The translations under genes were made by a program, and so were the position numbers. A DNA stretch of 64,000 nt from Camelus dromedarius. Lineage: Eukaryota. The stretch covers positions 90,336,001 through 90,400,000 of the forward strand of contig NC_087436.1 in NCBI RefSeq assembly GCF_036321535.1. The letters run 5' to 3'. Of this stretch, positions 38,021-51,125 are shown piece by piece (the stretch's first letter is position 1; every line of letters begins with the position of its first letter). The notes beneath the pieces were generated by a model. It worked only from the letters and a program-made list of their open reading frames with translations. It did not search any database and had not been told where the DNA came from.

Positions 38021-40600
38021 AAATGAGTGCTGTAGGAGAAAGCACTAAAAAGAATGAAGGAAGGATTTGAGGAATTTTAAACATTATGAGGAAAACAAGT
38101 ATCACAAATAACTCTAAAATAAATATTAACTTTTTTGAAGAGACAGCAGATCATCATTCAGGTGTTCAGAAAATAATTTGAAAATATGAATTCTCCCCCA
38201 CAAAATAAGTTTTCTATGTAATAGTGAAAGAGAGAAATTGGGCAAAGATTATAAAATTGGATTAGAGAGATAATACAGAGAGAGAAAGATATGTAATGTC
38301 TGTATAAATATGTATACACATTTGCACATATATATTTTATATATTAGGATTTATGAACACTAAAGTTGTATCTAGTACAAAGTGGCAATAAGTAAACAGC
38401 TTCTGAAAAATAAAAATGTTAAAAAAAATGGCCAGGTGATATTTTGAGATGTGATTTATTGTGAGATGTACTTACTAGAAACGAACCAATGACTGTCCAT
38501 AACAACATATATTTCTTCCCAGGATCATTGTAATTCATTTTATTTATAATTAATTATCATATAATAATTTGAGTATTTTGAAATGATCACTGTTGGAAAG
38601 GTGTGACCCTTTATCATTACAAATTTAAATGCAATAATTTCAATGTGAATGTTACAGGTAATTAACACAAAACGTTTTGTTCTGCATACTGTATTCCTCA
38701 GGTATAGTATGCAGATTTTCTTTCCTGAGTTAAATTTTAAAGAGATATGTCATATTCTGGTGCTACCTATAAGCACATATTCTCACCTTTGTCCTTACAA
38801 ATGAAAAACACCAAGTAATTCACCTAATTTATGTCTAATCATATTTGAGTTTCATAAAGCGTCCATTTAAATTTCAAGTCAAGCAAGACAATGCCATCTA
38901 CATAGAAAAAGTCCATAACTAAGCTATTATCAGCACTACTCTAGGCTTCTGCAGAAAGGAATAAAAGAAGGAAGAAAAGGAGTTAAGCTACATGTTCAAG
39001 TAAATAAAAATACTTTCATTAAATTTTAGAACATATGCTTTAGCTTTAAAAATAATTTAAAAATAATTCAACAACTGCAAGCATTAAGAACAGATACAAA
39101 AGCTGTTATCAGAAAATACAAAACAGCTGGCAGTCTTATCTATTAGAAAACAAAGGCGAACAGTTGGATGCTAATTTCACAAAGGGTGAATTGCCACAAT
39201 TCCAAAAATAGTTTAAATTAGGGTTATTCATCTTAGTCCTAGTGCACAACTTTGGAAAAAACAAAAGTTCCTCAGAATGTAACATATCAGTAAAATAACA
39301 TGATTTTAGGTATGGACACTGTTTGCAAGCCATTAGTTCATAAAGCTTTAGTATTCCAAGCCCATGTTAATTGTAATTATATGTTTAATATCAGAAAGTC
39401 AACCATCTGATTAAATGTTTAACGTTTGACATGGATCTAACAGAGGATTTGAAAAGTAAAATTTTGCAAAAGCCTGGGAAAAAATTTCCCAACTTTTAAA
39501 CTATTCAGTATTAATTTGTCATCTGTATTGATCAAGATCTATCTCTAGACTGATATTTTACCTCAAGGCCCCGGTATTGACATATCCATTGTAGAAATAG
39601 TAAATTATTTTATCATCTGCAACTTTGTCACATCCCTCCCCCCATTTTCCAAGCTGCTCTGTCCACCCCGAGAATGCCTCACCCACAACATTCAGATGCT
39701 GCAGAACTCTAAGATGAACATCCAACACAACAGGGGATGCTAGTGACATAGAAAGTATTCACTCTGATTGGTCTCCACAAATATCATAGAGGTTTTTAAG
39801 TGTTTTGAATTAAGTTCTATGTTTGAATGATCTCATGGGTTATGTTAAGTTTATGCATTATTTCTACATCTCTTGATGCATACTTCTAGAAATGTTCACT
39901 TGTTTAAATGCCAATATCTTAGCATTAAAGGAGTGAGGTTCTTTGATCAAGAGTTAGCAAATAATTGTGTTAAAAATATTCACACATTAAAAAATAATTC
40001 CCTCATTTATTCAAAAATTTGCCAAAAGCTATATTTGGCACTTAAAATACAATGTTGAAAAATCAAGACTTGTTTCATTTTATAACAGACAATATTTTTT
40101 ATATTCCCATTCCATATTGAAAGGATTCCAAAACATCATAAACACAAAGCTTAACAAAAGAATATATAAATTTATCATGTGCTTTAACTAATGTTTGTGC
40201 TTCTAAGCATTCACTAATAATTGAATAATAGGAAACTATTTTTGCCTGATATTCAAAATACTAGGAATATGTCAAGAAACATTCTATACTTCTGCTGAAG
40301 ACTGGCTTTTCTATATGCATAGATGTATAACAAATATTTTTCTAAAACAGATATATAATACCTAGCATTATGATGCATGTAGTAGGTGTTTAAATAAATG
40401 AGAGATTATAATTACTTTTCAGGCTGTACCACATTTAATATTTTCCTTCAGCTAACCTGAACCAAAGAGAGCGTCTCTTTATTTTTTTCTTTGTAATTAT
40501 TTTCAAGCTTCAAATAGCACTATAACTTTGTAATGCTTCGATTTAGTGCATAAGATGTTGCTCAAGTTATACATATAGTGTGTGAAATAAAATTCATATT

Positions 40601-41567
40601 TTATGACAGGACAAGAAAAATTTAAACATTAAAAAAAAATTTGTTTCCTTGGCCTCTTCTCTCAGCTCTACTGTGCATTGTGTATCTGCATTATGCACTG
40701 ACCAAACTTCCCCCATTGGCAGAAATAACCTGCTCAACCACAAAGAGCAACATTCTGCTAGCATCAATTAGACAACTCCTTAAAAGATACATTCCTTCTT
40801 GATCTTGTAAGGGGCCACAATGACTTAAGTCTGGATTGTGTGAACTGTGGATAATACATCACTACTGTACAACCCTTTGAATCAAAAAACTTACATAACT
40901 GTGCCTTGACTTCTGTTAGGCCATTAGATAGAAATGAGCACCAGGCAGTGGGGAGAAGAAAGGGTAGGGAATAATCCAGAAGATGATGATACACCTGCGC
41001 TCAGAGGGGTTCAAGGAGTTTATTTTCTTTCAATGAGTGTCAACAAAGAAGTCAGTTAGAATCTGATGCTGTGACTACACACGACCTGACTTAACATAAC
41101 CCAATGCTCATTATAATGTAATTAGCATTGGGGTTTGGGCCCCCTCCCATGGGCATTTCTGTGTGCATCATGGGTAAGAGCATGTGTAAAGGTGACAAGC
41201 ATGCCTAAACATTCAAGGGACGTGAGCCATCAATCAATCACGAGAACACCCCTAAGCCAGGATATAGACAGGAAAAGCAAAGGAGCGGCACTATTTTCCT
41301 CTCTTGGGTTGGCCTGTCTTCAATTCTTAAAGGTGTACTTTACTACCTTTTGCTGTACTAATAAAATCTTCTGTTTACATAATGTTTGAATTTTTTTCTC
41401 TCAGGTAAGACAAAGAATTGACAACTTTTCCCCCTTCCCATGGTAACATAATCAGAGGAACAGTTTGCCGCTTTTTTGAGATGCTGTACCTGGGTTACAA
41501 TACTCAATTTAGCTTAAGTAAAAATTTCAATTTCTTCCTTAGATTGACTGATTAATATTTGTCAACA
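40601..41567 (+). mobile_element. ERV1-type solo LTR, split into about 40601-40913 and 41449-41567 by a second LTR
   Basis: 'ggcagaaataacctgctcaacca...aaaaaacttacataactgtgccttgacttc' continues after the insert as 'gaacagtt...tttgagatgct...ttagattgactgattaatatttgtcaaca'. Confidence 0.7.
40914..41448 (+). mobile_element. Nested solo LTR (ERV1-like)
   Basis: Inverted termini TGTTA...TAACA, TATA-like 'gatataga' at about 41261, poly(A) signal 'aataaa' at about 41360, and U5-like 'aagacaaagaa'. Confidence 0.75.
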
Positions 41568-41778
41568 AGGGCTTGTGTTACTATTCATCAACAACTTAAT
41601 ATAGTACTTTACTCTTAGAAAATGATAAACGTTTATTGAATTGGATACACTGACAGGTGCGATACACATCTCCAGAGTTACTCTAAAGGTCAACTCATTC
41701 TTTAGTTTTGACTCATGCTAGACATTGATGCAAAAAAGTGGAGATTATCAATTTATTTACACTGTCTGAAAGTCACAC

Positions 41779-42267
41779 CGTAACTGAGCAGGGCCCCATG
41801 GAGCCTTCCTGGGCAGATTCTTCCCCATATCCTCTCCTTTAGCTCCTCTCTGAAGTACCCAGATAATAGTATCTGATGCACGTTTCCTGAGTTGTTTTAC
41901 AGATGTGAAAAGCCCCCACCAAAAGGAAGATGTTACTACTTGATGACCATGAGCTCACAGCCCCAGGCCTCCTGGAGCCTAAGAATTGATAATGTGGGTC
42001 ACCCTGTGACACCACCCTGTTATCTCATCATCAGCCAATCAAAGAATTGTCCATGAGCTGATCACATACGCTGCGACCTCCCTCCCTAGCCTGGCCTTTA
42101 AAAATGCTTTGCTGAAACCCTTCAGAGAGCTCTGGGTTTTAGAGCAAGAGCCACCCTTCTTCCTTGTATTGGTGCCTTTACAATAAATGCTGCACTTTCC
42201 TTCACAAGAACCCAGTATCAGTAGATTGGCTTTACCAGCGTGGGGACCCAAGTTTGATTCGGTAACA
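41779..42267 (+). mobile_element. ERV1-type solo LTR
   Basis: (C/T)GTAAC...GGTAACA termini, CCAAT box 'agccaatca' (about 42033), 'ctttaaaaa' TATA-like box, 'aataaa' (42182), and degenerate 4-bp TSD acac/aaac. Confidence 0.88.
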
Positions 42268-43516
42268 AAACCAACTTTGAGAAGCTATCTGATCCACATG
42301 ATAAGGGGAAATAATGTTAACTTGGTGTTGAATCTTTTTGTATTTTACTTTTAATATTGCCATGCACAGAGAATGCTAATTATAAAAAATATTTTAAAAC
42401 ATGTAGAAACACATGATGTTATAAGTAAAAATATCACTGAACTATTGTGACAGTTTTTTTCACATTCAAAAGGAGAAATTCCATAAACAATTACCAAGTA
42501 TAGTTTCGATATCTAGTCCATGTTTAACACCAGGTTAGGTGCAATAAAAAAAAATTAAAGATATGCACTCAGAGAGTTTATAAGATATTTGAGGAGAAAC
42601 ACCTATTCATACATGAAACAAATGCATAAACTGTAATCTGACATAAATAATTCAATAGTAAGTTATGTATGAAGTATTTTAGACACAGTATCTCTTTCCA
42701 TCACCTTTTCTGATGAAAAAAAAGTCACCTTCAATGCATTTGTTTAATCATTTTGAAAATCACAGTTTAACTTGAACAAATTCCAGTTTCTGGAGATTTT
42801 AAGATTTGTAAATAATGCGAATATATATTTTCAATCATAGAAAACATACTTTATTTCTAAAGAGAAATATTTGTAGTCCAAAAAAGTGAGAAAAAAAATT
42901 CTGAAAATAACCTTTAAAATTTTTATCAGATTTTTCAAATGCAAATATTATGTCATATTGGTTTTGAAAGACCATGGAATACCCTGCCCACTAAATATTG
43001 ATTGTTAAAGTATAATTAATCTAGCAATATTTCAAGAATTTCTTGAAATTTGAGGCAATTCAGTCTAAATAAAGTACTCTGAATTACAAAAAATGAGAAA
43101 AATAGAACCCAGTTAAAATTCAGTTTATGGTATTTATGATGACTGAATGAATATGGAGAAATATTGATGTTTTGATAGCACATTTTATGACAATATTATA
43201 AAGTTACAAAAGCTCTTCTGAAAATTAGTGAGTCATCATCTTTCTATTTTTCTCTGTGATTTAATCAATATTTAGAACTCTAGCCATCTCCTCTCATTTT
43301 TTCAGCAAATGAAGTATGAGAAATTAGCTGAACAAACTCCAAAAAGCTTTCTGAAGCTTATCATTTAGGTCTCAAACTTCATAAGCATTAATTTTTATAT
43401 CTTATTTATGGAAGCTGTATTCAAAAAATTTTGATTTATTTTTCACTAGAATGCAAACCCAATTTTACAGTGAAAACTTTAATATGCATGGTACAGATAT
43501 TAGAGAATAAATATTC

Positions 43517-43535
43517 TATAAATATATATAAATAC

Positions 43536-43574
<39 letters not shown>
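43517..43574 (+). repeat. (TA)n microsatellite
   Basis: Directly visible. Confidence 0.95.
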
Positions 43575-43579
<5 letters not shown>

Positions 43580-44269
43580 TTTTTTTTTAAATTGAGAGTT
43601 TGGGTCATCCCCCTTACACATTCTATCAAATTCTTCCAAACAAAACCCTAAGCAGAGTAAAATATGGGGATCTTATTTTACGGAAAGAAATATGATACAT
43701 TCAGAATGCTTGCAAAGACTTGTAACCACATTTTTAAGAAAATTTGAGATAAAATATTTTTATTTATTTAAATTCATTTCACTTTCTATCCTTTGCATCT
43801 TTACAGTCTAGCACAATGATGCATGGCTTCTCCTTGAAAAAAACTTGTTGTATATCTGAACAAGGAGAGTTAGTGGTGGCACATGCCTACAGAATATCTC
43901 TACTAATTGTAAATACTCCTACAAGTTTGACCTAAAGCATTGAAATATATATATTGCGCTAGCTACTGGCAAGTTTTAAAAGAAACAGAGATGTAAAATT
44001 TTTGAGATAGGAATGACGGAGGCAAACTTTGTTGTTTGTGTCTAGCATAGGCACCAACGCTGTTGGCAGATCTAGAATATAAAAGAACGCCAGCTCAACT
44101 GGGTTGGCTATATTACTTTACTCAATACTTCTACGTCCTCATACAGATATAACACATTTCAGTTCTTACTGAATTGACTCAGATCAATTCATGTCACTCA
44201 AATGTTTGCTTTAAAATTGCATCACTCAATCTTAAAAAGCAAGGATTTTTTTTTAAAGTTAAAAAAAAA

Positions 44270-44655
44270 AAAAGGCAAAACTACAGAGGCAGCAGAAGAT
44301 TAGTGGTTGCCAGGGGTTTCAGGGTGGGGGCAGGGGATGATTAAGTGGAGTACAGGAAATTTTTAGGCAGTAAAACTATGGTATATGGTACCATATTAGA
44401 AGATGCACATTTGTTTATCAAAACTCATAGAACTATATAAAATGAGTAAACCCTAATGTAAACTATGAACTTTAGTTAACAGGAATTTATCAGTTTTGTG
44501 TCATCAATTGCAACAAATGTATCACACCAATGCATATTAATGTTAGGGAAAACAGTGGGTAAAAGGAAGAGAGGATATATGTACCTCTCTGTATTTTCTT
44601 TTCAATTTTCTGTAAAACTAAGACTGCTCTAAAAATTAATTCTACTAAAAAAAAT
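44270..44655 (+). mobile_element. L1MC-type 3' UTR
   Basis: 'aaggcaaaactacagag...gtggttgccaggggtt...aaccctaatgtaaactatgaacttt...aattttctgtaaaactaagactgctctaaaa'. Confidence 0.9.
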
Positions 44656-45040
44656 TCACTGATTAATTCATACATATTTTGATTATTTCAGCACTGTAGA
44701 AATTTCATTTTAAATAGTTTCAAGCAGTATGCAATATCAATAAATGGTATTCAAAATCAGAAAAAAGAATGATATATTGATATTTTACTTATTGAAAGGG
44801 TAAAAGGAATAATAAATACTAAACAGTAATTAATATAAATGTTATTTACTACAGCTACTATCATAAAATATACTAAATTGTATAATATTTAACATAGTGG
44901 ATATATAGAATAAATACTGAATAAAAATTAATAAATAGTAAATATAACTAGAAAAAAATAAGTAATAGAACAGTATAATTTAATAATTTCAGAAATGCAA
45001 GCATGGCTCAACATTAGAAAAATCTATTAATACAAGTTAA

Positions 45041-48000
45041 CTTTCAGGTTGTTACATAAATGATTTGACATTTTCATACATCATGAAATGATCACAACAA
45101 TAAGTCTAGTAACAATCTGACCTCATACAAAGTAATTACAACTTATTTAACATATTCCTTATACTGTACATTACATCCTTGTGACTAATAGATTATGTAA
45201 CAAGAGATTTAGACTTCTTAATCCCCTACTCATATTTCACCCACCACCCATCCCTCCCTTCTGGCAACCACTTGCTTGTTCTCTGAATCTATGAGTATGT
45301 TTTCCTTTTGTTTGGTTTGGTTTTTAGATTCCACATAAAATTGAGACCATGCCATATTTGTCTTTCTTTATCTGAATTATTTCACTTATCATAATACCCT
45401 CTAGAGCCAACCATGTTATCCCAAATAGTGAAATTTCATCTTTAAAATAACTGAGTAATATTCCATTTCTTTATCCATCAATCTACTGATGAACTCAGGT
45501 TGCTTCCATATCTTGGTTATTGTATACAATGCTGCAATAAATAAGGATAATACACACACTTTGGAATTAATTTTTTGCTTTCCTTGGATAAATATCCAGA
45601 AGTAGAATTGCTGAATTTTATAGTAGTTCTACTTTTAATTTTTTGAGGAATCTCCGTATTGTTTTCCATAGTGGCTACACCAAGTTACAATCCCATCAAC
45701 AGTGAATGAGGGTTCCCTTTTCTCTATTTCATTGCCAACATTTGTTATTTGTTGTCTTTTTCTTTTCTTTTTTTTTTATGATAGCCATTCTGATAGGTTT
45801 GAGCTACTATCTCATTGTGGTTTTGATTTACATTTCCCTGATGATTAGTAATGTTGAGCATCTTTTCATGTCCTTGTTTGCTATCTGTATGTCTCCTTTG
45901 GAAAGATATCTATTCAGGTCATTTGCCTATTTTTTAACAGGGTTTTTGTTGGTTTGTTTTTTTGTTTTCTGATGTTAAATTGTATGAATGATTTGTACAG
46001 TTTGGATATTAACCACTTATCATTCACAATATATGAATATCATTAACAATATATGAATACCATTCACTATTATTTTCTCCCATTCAGTAATCTCCCTTTC
46101 ATTTTAATGATAATCTCCTTCATTGTGCAAAAGCTTTTTAGTTTTATGTAGCCTCATTTGTTTATTTTTGTTTTGTTTCCCTTGCCTGAGGTGACAGATC
46201 CAAAAAATACTGCCAAGACTGATGTTAAAGAATGTATTGCCTACGTTTTCTTCAAAGAATTTAGTGGTTTCATGTCTTACATTAAGGTCTTTAGTCAATT
46301 TTAAGGTTATTTTTATATGGTATGAGAAAGTAATCCAGATTGATTCTTTTGCATGTAGCTGTCCAGTTTTCCCAAAACATTTATTGAAAAGGCTGCCTGT
46401 TACCCATTGTATATTCTTGCCTCCATTGTCATAGATTAATTGAACATATAAGTCTAGGCTTATTTCTGGGCTTTCTATTCTGTTCCATTGATCAATGTGT
46501 CTATTTTCATTCCAGAACTGTACTGCTTTTTTGATTACTGTAGCTTTGTAGTGTAGTTTGAAATTAGGGAGTGTGATAACTCCAGCTTTGTTCTTCTTTC
46601 TCAAGATTGTTTTGGCTATTTGGAGATCTTCTGTGTTTAGTTTGAGAATTATTTTTCTATCTGGTTGTGGTATTAGTATTTTGATAGAGATTACATTGAA
46701 TCCATTCATTGCCTGGGGTAGTATGGTCATTTTAACAATATTAATTTTTCCAATCCAGGAGCACAATATATCTTTCCATATGTTGGTGTCATCTCAGATT
46801 TCTTTCATTAATGTCTTACAGTTTTTCAACTTCAGGTCTTTCACCACTTTGCTTAGATTTACTCCAAGATATTTCATTCTTTTCAATAAAATTGCAAATG
46901 GAATCATTTTCTTAATTTCCCTTTCTGATATTAGTTGTTGATATATATAAACACAACAGATTTCTGCATGTTAATTTTGTATCCTGTAATGTTATTAAAT
47001 CAATTTATTATTTTTAATAGGTTTTTTGGTGGCATCTTCAGGACCTACTATGTATAGTATCATGTCATCTGCAAACAGTGTCAGTTTTACCTCTTGATTT
47101 CTATTATTTATTTTTCTTCTTATTGCTGTGGCTAGAACTTTCAATACTATGTTGAATAGAACTAGAGAGAGTGGACATCCTTCTTTTGTTCCTGATCTTA
47201 GAGAAAATGCTTTGAGCTTTTCACTATTGAATATGATGTTGGCTGTTGGTTTGTCATATATGGACTTCATTATGTTGAATATGTTCTCTCCACATGCACT
47301 TTGTGGAGAGTTTTTATCATAAATGGATTTGGAATTTTGTCAAAACTTTTTCTGTATTTGAAGTGATCACATGATATTTATTTTTCAATTTGTTAATGTT
47401 GTAAAATCATGTTGATTAATTTGCAGATTTTGAATCATCTTTGCATCCCAGGGATAAATCCCACTCAATCATGTTGTATGATTCTTCTAACATATTGTTG
47501 AATTTGGTTTGCAGATATTTTGTTGTGGATTTTCACATCTATGTTCATCAGTGACACTTGCTGTAATGTTGTTCCTTTGTGTGTCTCTATATGACTTTGG
47601 TATTGAGGTTATGTTAACCTCAAAACATAAGTTTGGAGTGCCCCCTCTTATTCAATTTTCTGCAATAGTTTCAGAAGGATAGATGTTAACTCTCCTATAA
47701 ATATTTGGTAGAATTCACCTGTGAAACTGTTGGGTCCTGGACTTTGTTAAGATTTTTTTTTTATTACTGATTTAATTTAATTACTAGTAATCAGTATGTT
47801 TATATTTTCTCTCTCTCCTTAATTCAGTCTCACAAATCTGTTGAGGACCTTTTGGATCATTACTTGAACTCTTCATCACCTAGACATCTTATCTCCAATT
47901 CACTTAGTTCTTTTTTGAAGCTTGGTCTTCATATTTATTTGGAACATAGTCTTCTGTCTCCTCATTTTGCCTGATTCTCTGCTTATTTCTATGAAGTGGG

Positions 48001-48978
48001 TAGGTTGATCATGTTTCCCAATCTTGGAGAAGTAGTTTTTTGTAGAAGACATACTGCAGAGCCTAGCAGCATACTCCACTCTGATCACCAGAGATATATA
48101 CACTAGGGGTGCCCAATGTGGGCTGTGTGGGCCATTCTGTTGTTGTGGGGGTGACTATAATAAGCACACTGATAGGTGGGGCTGGTTCTCAGCCCATTTG
48201 GCTGCTAGACCCTGCCTCTTGTAGTAGCTACGAACCCCCTGGTGGGCAGGGCCAGGTCTGAGTTGGCTAATTGTGCAGCACAGGAGTTCCTGGGACTGGT
48301 ATTGGTCTGTTCGTAGGCAGGTAAGCTCTCAGTGCTTCAGGTTAAAAGAAGGACTCCAAAATGCTGCCCGCAAGCACTAGTGTCCTTGTGGTAAAATGAG
48401 CTCCCTAAAATGGCTACCATCAGCATCAGTGTTCCCATAGTGAGTCCCAATTGCCTCCTGCTCCTCTGGAGGCCCTCCAAGATCAGCAAGTGGATCTTAC
48501 CAAGTCTCCTTTCAAATTACTATCCTGCAGTGGGACTGAGAGCATGTGAAATTTTACACATGCCTTTTAAGAGTGGAGGCTCTGTGTCCTACAGCCCTCC
48601 AGCTCTCTCTTAAACAAGACTTGCTGGTCTTCAAAGCCAGATGTTCTGAGGTCTTGTCATCCTGGTGCAGGACCTCTGGGCTGGGGAGCCTTCTGTAGGA
48701 CTTGGACTCTTTGTTCCTTGGGGAGAACATCTGCAATTGTGATTATTCTCTCACTTGTGGGTCTTCTACCCAGTTGTGTGAGTCCTGACTACACTACATC
48801 TCTGCACCCTCCTATTTATCTTGTGGTTCCTTCTTTACATCTTTAGTTGTAGAAATTTTTTTATGCTCATCTTCAGGTCATTTCATAGATAGTTGCTCTG
48901 TAAATAGTCATAATTTTGATGTGCCTATGGGAGAAGGTGAGCTCAGGGTCTTATTATGCCATCTTCACTGCACCCAGC
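45041..48978 (-). mobile_element. L1 with 5' UTR, ORF1 start, ORF2 RT/C-terminus and 3' UTR, but a large internal deletion
   Basis: ORFs 46104..46766(-) and 46995..47270(-) are ORF2 ([11 protein letters not shown] motif). ORF 47900..48103(-) holds the ORF1 N-terminus MRRQKTMFQ. 5' start motif 'aagatggc' lies at about 48957-48965(-). Confidence 0.92.
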
Positions 48979-49714
48979 TAAGTTAAGATTTTTATAGATC
49001 AATAGGACAACCTATAAGATCATCCCAATAAAATATACAAAAAATTATAAAGAACCCATGGTAAGATTATCTAGATATGTTCTCAAAATGATTTAAAAAA
49101 TTGTATCAGTACAAAAGCCAGTATTTTGCCTAATGGTGATAGTCAAAGCATTCCTATTAATGTCAGGAATAAAACCTGGAATCTATCATCACTATTTAAC
49201 ATTAAAATGAAAGTACTCACTAACACAGTAAGCAAATAATATTATACAAAAATGGTCAAAATTATCATGTGTGGATATTATTCCTGTGAGCTTGTGAAAC
49301 ATAATAAAAGCAATAGCTATATGAGAAATAAGTCAAGAGACTAGTTAAAACATAAATGAAAATCAAAAGAAATACTTCAGTGTATTTAACATAGCTTACA
49401 TGAAGAAAGTTATTAAACTTTGCTGATTCAAATAAGAGCCAATTTGAAAATATAAATGTTCTAAAAATATTCCTGATTTACAAACCAATAAATACATTCC
49501 CAGTAATTCTATTCAGGTTCTTAATACTTTATTCAAATTTTTTTATGACATGAAATAAACAGTCTAAAGTCCTTCTTAAAAAATACTCATGTGAAGTGAG
49601 AACAGCAAAAAAATTAATAAGGATAAATTTGTAGAAGATTATTGATTATCTCACATTGAATCATACTGAGGTCTTAATAATTAAAACAGTGTGATACCAG
49701 CATTGGAACAAAAG

Positions 49715-50227
49715 AACCATATTAGTTTGGCAGCAGGTAACAGAATGCTTGATTGACAGTGGTTTGAATGATAATGATCTTTATTATTTACTTGAGATGC
49801 CAAAGTGAGCAGTTTAAATTTTTATTTTTCAGCAGCCCTAGATATGTGTCTCAATTATTCTGGTCTTTCCTCATTATTACACTATGCTTGCCATGGCAAC
49901 AAATATCAAGTCCTCACACAACACCAATCCATGAAGAAAGGAAAGTGTGCATGGAAAGAAAACTTCCTTCCTATAATGGTTTCTCTTATTAGGAAAGACA
50001 AAGTCTTCTTTCAGCATGCCGTTTACCAGAAGTGAATTACATGCTTACTTCTTGTCTAATCACTAGGAAAACAATGCAATTATAGTTACTGATAGAGGGC
50101 TATTATGACTCATCTCCTGATCTTTCCTCACAATGATCTTTCCTTCTGGCCATAAATGAGATAATGTTTACAATGTTAAAAGGTAGTGATGGATGCCGAA
50201 TAGGTAAGTCAGGTTCTCTGCCTCACA
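49715..50227 (-). mobile_element. MaLR LTR (MLT1J/K-like) nested in the old L1
   Basis: 'ttagtttggcagcaggtaacagaa...cagtggttt...accagaagtgaattacatgcttacttct...ctgcctcaca'. Confidence 0.6.
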
Positions 50228-50904
50228 TTTCAATCAATGTACAGAACAGAAAGCACAGATATAAAGTCAGAGCTAGAGGCATTTACTCTATGATTAAAAT
50301 ATAATTTCTACTCAGTGGAATAAAGGAAAAATTATTCACAAATTGGTATTAAGATAACTTCTTATGTCATCTGGTACAACAAATATAATAAACACTATCA
50401 TTCACTATGCTTTATAATAAAAAAAAAAACCAAAAATAATGATTCCAAAATAGAATTAGAAATTATAAAAATGTAAAATAAAATAGTAAAGATATCTTTA
50501 ACCTTGAACTGAGGAAGGATATTATAAATTGATCTTAAAACTTCAAAGGAAAATAAAAATACCCATAAATATTATCAACATGAAATCATAAGACAAAAGA
50601 AAAAATTCACTTAAAACTTTAAAAGACAGAACATCAGAAATAATATTTACCTCAATTAAAACTGAAAAATATTAAAGTACTCACATTTAATAAGCAACAT
50701 AATATAAAAATAAGAAATGGAGAGAGCAGATACCAAATCAACTTACTAAAGAAGAATGATAATGCAGCAAATATGAAGAAACATGGGTAAATCTCAATGC
50801 CTGAATGGATATAGGAAAGCAAATACTTTCACTATCAAATTATATGAGTATACTACCTTCATAAAACACTATCTGAAAAGATATTATATAAATAATTACT
50901 ATAT

Positions 50905-51125
50905 CAGTAATAATAACCATATTTAATAAATGCTTACTCTGTGTCAGATAAATGAATGCATATTAACTCAAACAATTAGCACTAGCAATCTAATAAAATA
51001 ACACTATTGTAGTAGTTCCTTTATGCACATAAGAAAAAATACTCAGAGAAATTAAGAAATTTGCTCAAGAACATGGAGCATGTAAGTGGAGGAGTAATAT
51101 GAGTTCAGGCAGAAAATGTGTACAC
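50905..51125 (-). mobile_element. MIR SINE
   Basis: 'aaatgcttactctgtgtcag...actcagagaaattaagaaatttgctcaag...gtaagtggagga'. Confidence 0.75.

Noticed and set aside
39558..39749. Minus-strand ORF with more protein-like composition
   Set aside because: No recognisable homology and no convincing splice-site pair.
44055..44110. Small palindromes plus TATAAAA as a promoter or ncRNA hairpin
   Set aside because: The stems are short with implausible loops, and TATA-like words are expected by chance in AT-rich DNA.
46104..46766. The longest ORF (220 aa) as a novel or domesticated protein
   Set aside because: It is a frameshifted piece of L1 ORF2 within a decayed element.
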